Assembly: GCA_030429625.1 (NCBI GenBank)
Contig: JAUIFA010000001.1
Location: 97,306 to 161,305, forward strand
Direction of reading: 5' to 3'
DNA length: 64,000 nucleotides
Source of the DNA: Alphaproteobacteria bacterium
Lineage (GTDB): Bacteria > Pseudomonadota > Alphaproteobacteria > Rickettsiales > UBA8987
The translations under genes and the position numbers were made by a program. The notes beneath the pieces are model-generated. The model worked only from the letters and a program-made list of their open reading frames with translations. It made no database searches and had not been told where the DNA came from. Shown in pieces: positions 59,144 through 64,000 of this stretch. How positions within the stretch are numbered: the stretch's first letter is position 1; each line of letters opens with the position of its first letter.

Positions 59144-60711
59144 AAAGTTTGATCGCCGTATAAATATTTTTTCTTTATATATAGATTACATTTCTGCCCT
59201 TTACATCTGATTTGTGCCCTGTTGAGGTCTACCAAGCTTTTGATATAGGGAGAGGGCAGTGATGTAACTTCGATTTTATCTTTTGTAAGATCTATTATTG
59301 TCAGTGCTCTAAACTCAAAATGCTCCAATAGGTATAAATCCATATATTTAGGATTTTGTAACAGGAGGTCTTCTGGTACTTTAATTTTATATTCCAGATC
59401 GTTACTTCCTAGTTTTCTAGTCCTACTGGAATACCATTTTGTATCATTCCAGGCTCTTTGGGTTAGCCATGTTGTGGCATAATTATTTATTGCTATGGTA
59501 TTGTCTATATCCATTATGATGCCAACAACTCCTGGTAAAGGTTTTTCAATAGATTGTAGCCGTGAGATTATAATTTGTTCGTTAACCATTCTGTTCAAGA
59601 ATTGTATGAATTGGAATTGCTGAACTGAAAAGGATAATAAAATAAGGATTATACAATAAGAAAGCTGTAGCTTCTTGCCAAGAAGAGTGCTTGCAAACCC
59701 AAAAAAGACACAGACAATAGGAATGGCGGTAAAGCCATGGCGCTGTCCCCAGAAATAAAAAAGCAAGTCAGGAGAATTGCTTGTCAATATATAGGGTGAT
59801 GCTGCACAACCAAGCCAGAATAGAATCAAAAAAAGAATTTTGCCAGCCTGTCTATAATTTATACTGGGTAATTTCTTCTTAATTAAGATATGCGAAGAAA
59901 AGAAAATTAGAAATAAGGCTAATAATATAAAAAGCGGCAAAAGGAAATTTCGGAGGTGATATAAAAACTCAAAAAAATCAGGAAAAGAAATTTTATTATA
60001 ATTTTTATAATAGCCAGAAGGTGGGTAATAATGTTTGAAGATGAGCAGAGCCACCAAGCAGAATAGTCCTATGGTCAATAATATATAGGCTCGTTTGCGA
60101 AAATTAGAATTAGGTTGGGAAACAAAAACACACAATAGAGAAAGCCCAATGACAGAGGTTATATTGGAATAGAGTTGAAAGGAGACAATCAACAGAATTG
60201 TTGCTAAAAAAGCATAATAGTGGCTTCCGGTTAAAATTTTTCTAGCACTAAACAGGCAAAGCGCCACGCAACACACATGAAATATCAACACGCTCGATAC
60301 CAAAGTAACCCAATAAGGGAAAACAAACACCATGATAGAAGCGCCGTAAAAAGCAACCTTATCGTTAGGGAGAAGAAATTCCACAATGCGGGCAGTTTGT
60401 AAAGAGAGGGTAAATAAGGAAAGGACAATAAGGAAATCTTGTACCAGACCATCAGTGATAGACAATAATTGGGCAGTATGGCGTATCGCAATATAAAAAT
60501 AATATTGCAAAAACCACTGCGATTCAAAAAACCAAATCTTTAAACCGACAATATTATCAGTTCTTTGGGCGTAATCGATTATCACCCCATCCCAAAAGTC
60601 CCAATCAAAAAGCACAAAGATGGTAACATATATTCCACATAATAATGTACCAAAGATAAAATTATATTTTATTCGTGACGTGTTGTTTTCATGGGATTGT
60701 GCCACAAACAT
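59140..60711 (-). CDS. Very AT-rich polytopic membrane protein (~12 TM segments plus a ~150-aa C-terminal domain), candidate polymerase, ligase or GT-C-like enzyme
   Basis: The ATG at 60711 lies 2 nt after the aminotransferase stop. Hydrophobic runs extend to about residue 380. I recognise no motif. Confidence 0.3.
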   Translation of the reverse strand: MFVAQSHENNTSRIKYNFIFGTLLCGIYVTIFVLFDWDFWDGVIIDYAQRTDNIVGLKIWFFESQWFLQYYFYIAIRHTAQLLSITDGLVQDFLIVLSLFTLSLQTARIVEFLLPNDKVAFYGASIMVFVFPYWVTLVSSVLIFHVCCVALCLFSARKILTGSHYYAFLATILLIVSFQLYSNITSVIGLSLLCVFVSQPNSNFRKRAYILLTIGLFCLVALLIFKHYYPPSGYYKNYNKISFPDFFEFLYHLRNFLLPLFILLALFLIFFSSHILIKKKLPSINYRQAGKILFLILFWLGCAASPYILTSNSPDLLFYFWGQRHGFTAIPIVCVFFGFASTLLGKKLQLSYCIILILLSFSVQQFQFIQFLNRMVNEQIIISRLQSIEKPLPGVVGIIMDIDNTIAINNYATTWLTQRAWNDTKWYSSRTRKLGSNDLEYKIKVPEDLLLQNPKYMDLYLLEHFEFRALTIIDLTKDKIEVTSLPSPYIKSLVDLNRAQIRCKGQKCNLYIKKKYLYGDQTL

Positions 60712-60713
60712 CC

Positions 60714-61874
60714 TCAACCCTCCAACAATTTTTTGGTGATGCTGCTGGGCAGGCACACAATATGTTCATACGCCCAAAGCGTGTTGGACAAATCAGGGCT
60801 GCGCAAAGCATGGGTAAACATTCTACTCAGATGCATCGGTTGCCAGATGGGGCGAGCCATAATCTTATGATCATTTAAATATTTCAATGTGTTTTTGCAC
60901 TCTTCAGCCGAATCACAAGCAATGGCGTTTAACCAATAATTGGCCAAGGTTCCTTCGCGTTGTTTGAGGCTGTGCAGGCCATGCTTCTGGCAGAAATCGT
61001 GGTATTTCTCCGCCAGCAAGCGTTTGGCTTTCAAGATTTCTTTCACGTGCAATAATTGGGCATAAAGCAAGGCTGCGTTAAGGTTGGGCATCCGATAATT
61101 ATAGCCGATCTCATCATGTGCAATCATGTCACTGTTGTTGATCTTTGCGGTGGTGGAAAGATGCTTTGCCTGCTTTGCTATGGTTGGATTATTGGTGATC
61201 AACATACCCCCACCACCAGAAGTAATGATTTTGTTGCCATTAAAACTCAAAGCGGAGACGGTAGAATCCATACCGGCATGTTTGCCATGTTCATCATGGC
61301 TTCCCACGGCCTCAGCCGCGTCTTCGACCAACTTCAGACAATGTTTATCGCAGATGGTTTTTAACGCATCACTGCGGATAGAATGCCCCAGAATATAGAT
61401 TGGAAGGCAGGCCGACACGCGCCGTTTGGTTGTGTTTTCTACACATACGCCGTCGATTGTTTGGGTATTTTCTTCTAACCAGAGAGCTAATTTTTCGGGG
61501 GAAAGAGATAAGCTGTCTCGGTCAATATCCACAAACACCGGATCCGCATTACAATAAGAAATAGCATTACAGGTGGCCACAAAGCCAAGCGATTGAGTGA
61601 TAACCAGATCGTCTTTTTTTACCCCTGCACACAGCAAAGCAATATGCAATGCCGAGGTGCCATTAGACATTGCTACGGCATAAGCAACGCCAGTGAATTT
61701 GGCAATCTCTTGTTCGCATTTTTCCACAAAAGGCCCGATGGTTGACACCATAGTCGTATCAATGGCCTCGCATAACATGTTCTTTTCTTCACCAAAGAAA
61801 TACGGTTCATGCAGGGCAATCACTTCCTTATTTGGGTATATTGAGCGGATAAAGTCACACAAATCATTAGACAT
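60714..61874 (-). CDS. DegT/DnrJ/EryC1-family PLP aminotransferase (LegC-like)
   Basis: The ATG at 61874 gives MSNDLCDFIRSIYPNKEVIALHEPYF and overlaps the dehydratase stop by 8 nt. SFNGNKIITSGGGG is the Lys-PLP context. Confidence 0.88.
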   Translation of the reverse strand: MSNDLCDFIRSIYPNKEVIALHEPYFFGEEKNMLCEAIDTTMVSTIGPFVEKCEQEIAKFTGVAYAVAMSNGTSALHIALLCAGVKKDDLVITQSLGFVATCNAISYCNADPVFVDIDRDSLSLSPEKLALWLEENTQTIDGVCVENTTKRRVSACLPIYILGHSIRSDALKTICDKHCLKLVEDAAEAVGSHDEHGKHAGMDSTVSALSFNGNKIITSGGGGMLITNNPTIAKQAKHLSTTAKINNSDMIAHDEIGYNYRMPNLNAALLYAQLLHVKEILKAKRLLAEKYHDFCQKHGLHSLKQREGTLANYWLNAIACDSAEECKNTLKYLNDHKIMARPIWQPMHLSRMFTHALRSPDLSNTLWAYEHIVCLPSSITKKLLEG

Positions 61875-62850
61875 TATACACATCCGCCTTGTAGCGTTGT
61901 TTGTTTTCAGGCTTGGACAGCCATTCAATCGTTTTTTCTAGCCCTGCGCGCAGGTCATGTTGTGGATCAAAACCGGTGAGTTGTTTTAATGCGGTATTGT
62001 CGCACAATAAGCGATACACCTCGGAGGATTCTGGACGCAGACGTGCTTTATCGGTGGCGATGCGGATGTTTTTACCCATAATCTCCGCAATGAGTTCCAC
62101 CAAATTTTTAATAGAGATTTCCGCACCCGAGCCAATATTGACCACCTTGCCAACGGCTTTATCACAATTGGCCAGTAATTTTAGCCCGTTGCACGTATCG
62201 CTGACATAGGTAAAATCACGGGTAGAATCCAACATTCCAAGTTTAATTTCATCCTTGCCATCTAAAACCTGGGTGATGATGGTAGGGATCACCGCTCTGG
62301 CAGATTGTCTAGGGCCATAGCTGTTAAACGGGCGAGCAATGGTCACAGGCAAGTCAAACGAATGGTAAAAACTCATCGCAATGGCATCGGCCCCGATTTT
62401 AGAAGCACTGTAAGGCGATTGTGGCTGTAAAGCATGTTTTTCGTCAATCGGCACATATTGTGCTGTGCCATAGACTTCGCTGGTGGAGAGGTGAATCAGG
62501 CGCTTTACTTTATTGTCTTTTGCGGCTTGAGCGATGTTCAACGTTCCGCTAACATTGGTGTCTATGTAGCTTTGCGGAGCGGCATAGCTGTAAGGAATGG
62601 CGATCAGTGAAGCCAGATGGTAAATCACGTCAACGTCTTTGGCTAAATTCTGACAAAAATGCACATCACGTATGTCACCGCTAATAATCTCCAGATGTTT
62701 GTGATGGCGTAGTCCTTCAAGCCAGCCCAAAGAATTAAAGGAATTATAATAGGAAAGCGCCTTTACTTTATGCCCGTCATTGAGCAACGATTCCACAAGG
62801 TGCGAGCCGATAAATCCATCTGCGCCGGTGACTAATATTTTGTTGCCCAT
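61867..62850 (-). CDS. NAD-dependent nucleotide-sugar 4,6-dehydratase (LegB-like, extended SDR)
   Basis: 327 aa. Contains ILVTGADGFIGSHL, STSEVYG and YSASK. Confidence 0.85.
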   Translation of the reverse strand: MGNKILVTGADGFIGSHLVESLLNDGHKVKALSYYNSFNSLGWLEGLRHHKHLEIISGDIRDVHFCQNLAKDVDVIYHLASLIAIPYSYAAPQSYIDTNVSGTLNIAQAAKDNKVKRLIHLSTSEVYGTAQYVPIDEKHALQPQSPYSASKIGADAIAMSFYHSFDLPVTIARPFNSYGPRQSARAVIPTIITQVLDGKDEIKLGMLDSTRDFTYVSDTCNGLKLLANCDKAVGKVVNIGSGAEISIKNLVELIAEIMGKNIRIATDKARLRPESSEVYRLLCDNTALKQLTGFDPQHDLRAGLEKTIEWLSKPENKQRYKADVYNV

Positions 62851-62858
62851 ATTCTTCC

Positions 62859-64000
62859 CTAATCGTTGGTCATTGTGGCTCTAAATAATTTTCTCTTACG
62901 TAAGATGAGGATAATAACGCCACTGACAAACGCCGCTACCGTATAGGCAACGATTGTGGCATACGCAATTCCCACCGTACCAAACTCTTTTACAAAGAGA
63001 TAATTGAATATGATATTAAGCATAATCACAATAATAGTACAGAGTGAAATATAGCCCGTCTTCTTCACAAACATCAAATAGCCCAGATTGTGGGTGAAAT
63101 AGCCCTGTACCACTGCCGCTATCACCAGCCAATAGATATATTGGGTGGCTTGCAGGAAGGTGGCGTTCATCAGATAGGGAGCAACAAACAAGGACACAGC
63201 AATGAGAATGAATCCAATAATGGGCAGACCAACATAAAAAATCACAGTCCCGATCATTACAATTTTTCGCCCATGTTGGTCATGATTGCTGAGTAATTTA
63301 AACATCCACGGTAGCCAGGCAAAGATAAACGCGCCGGTGACAATCATGTTCAACACCGAACCAAACAGGGTAGCGATGGAATAAAATCCCGTATCTTCAA
63401 GGCTGACCATATGGGCAATAAAGAGTCGGTCGGTCAGGGGGATAATGACAGCGCCCAAAGCGGCAGGGAAATAGATAAGACCAAATTTAGCCAGAGTAGA
63501 AATATGGGCTTTGTCAATGTGGGGGAGGAAATGTAAGGGTAAATCCGGTTTAAAAATGACGATGGACAGGAGAAGTGATCCGGCAAGACCGGCTGCTGTT
63601 CCAAGGATTGCTGCGCTATATCCCGCGCCGGAAATGAGGAACGAAAGGCTCACTACGAGCGTGATGATCACTTGAAGAATCAGTGTTACTATTAGAGCCT
63701 TGCGGTCTTCTTTAAACTGGTAAATCGCGCGGACGATGTTGTGAACCGAATACAGAAACGCCACGACGATGATCGACCAGAGCCAATGTTGTGGGAAAAG
63801 AGTAATCTTAGCAAAAAATTCCGGTGCAATGAGAATGATAAGTAGGGCTGCAAGCGATAAAATAGTGGTTAAAAAAACTGCCGAACAGACAAAGCGTGCC
63901 AGATGATTGCCCTTTAGATCAGGAAAATGTATCTTTACAGCGTCGTCAAATTTAAGGCCGATAAACGGCATCACAAACGCATAGAGGCTGGTGAATAATG
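62859..64000 (-). CDS. Wzx-like polysaccharide flippase (MOP superfamily), N-terminus beyond window edge
   Basis: The frame stays open from 63974 to 64000 (..LFTSLYAFVMPFIG..). There are at least 10 TM segments and a basic C-terminal tail. Confidence 0.7.
   Translation of the reverse strand, partial: LFTSLYAFVMPFIGLKFDDAVKIHFPDLKGNHLARFVCSAVFLTTILSLAALLIILIAPEFFAKITLFPQHWLWSIIVVAFLYSVHNIVRAIYQFKEDRKALIVTLILQVIITLVVSLSFLISGAGYSAAILGTAAGLAGSLLLSIVIFKPDLPLHFLPHIDKAHISTLAKFGLIYFPAALGAVIIPLTDRLFIAHMVSLEDTGFYSIATLFGSVLNMIVTGAFIFAWLPWMFKLLSNHDQHGRKIVMIGTVIFYVGLPIIGFILIAVSLFVAPYLMNATFLQATQYIYWLVIAAVVQGYFTHNLGYLMFVKKTGYISLCTIIVIMLNIIFNYLFVKEFGTVGIAYATIVAYTVAAFVSGVIILILRKRKLFRATMTND

Overview
This window looks like a chromosomal segment of a moderately AT-rich alphaproteobacterium. 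The evidence is an F1-only atpHAGDC operon, the lon-hupB-tRNA-Val arrangement, a short ProRS without an editing domain, and an alpha-type heat-shock promoter upstream of lon. A secreted ankyrin protein, a pentapeptide-repeat protein and tandem EamA carriers hint at a host-associated lifestyle. Coding density is high and many neighbouring genes overlap by 4-8 nt. Core genes present are dnaE (3' part), ilvD, ubiG, the atp operon, uvrC, pgsA, scoAB, ilvE, folD, an FNR-type reductase, queD, lolCDE, proS, tsaC, lon and hupB. I saw no rRNA, CRISPR array, transposase or integrase. There are three accessory regions. (1) 36.8-40.3 kb is an AT-rich patch. A GTA/phage-type tail-tube homolog sits 2 nt upstream of a polymorphic-toxin-like gene. 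That gene shares an exact 37-nt internal anchor with a start-less downstream C-terminal cassette, and a third, degenerate anchor copy lies further down. Two multi-pass membrane genes sit on the opposite strand, and a pesticin-like muramidase homolog ends the patch. This is my best candidate for an undescribed system. (2) A 188-aa internally duplicated membrane protein is translationally coupled between atpG and atpD, and a lipoprotein gene is coupled to atpC. (3) From tRNA-Val to the window end (44.4-64 kb) lies a surface-glycan island with a legionaminic-acid-type nonulosonic acid pathway. It also carries formyltransferase, acetamidino (PP-loop amidotransferase plus HisH/HisF paralogs) and MBOAT O-acylation genes. 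All functional calls come from reading translated motifs from memory. No database search was run.
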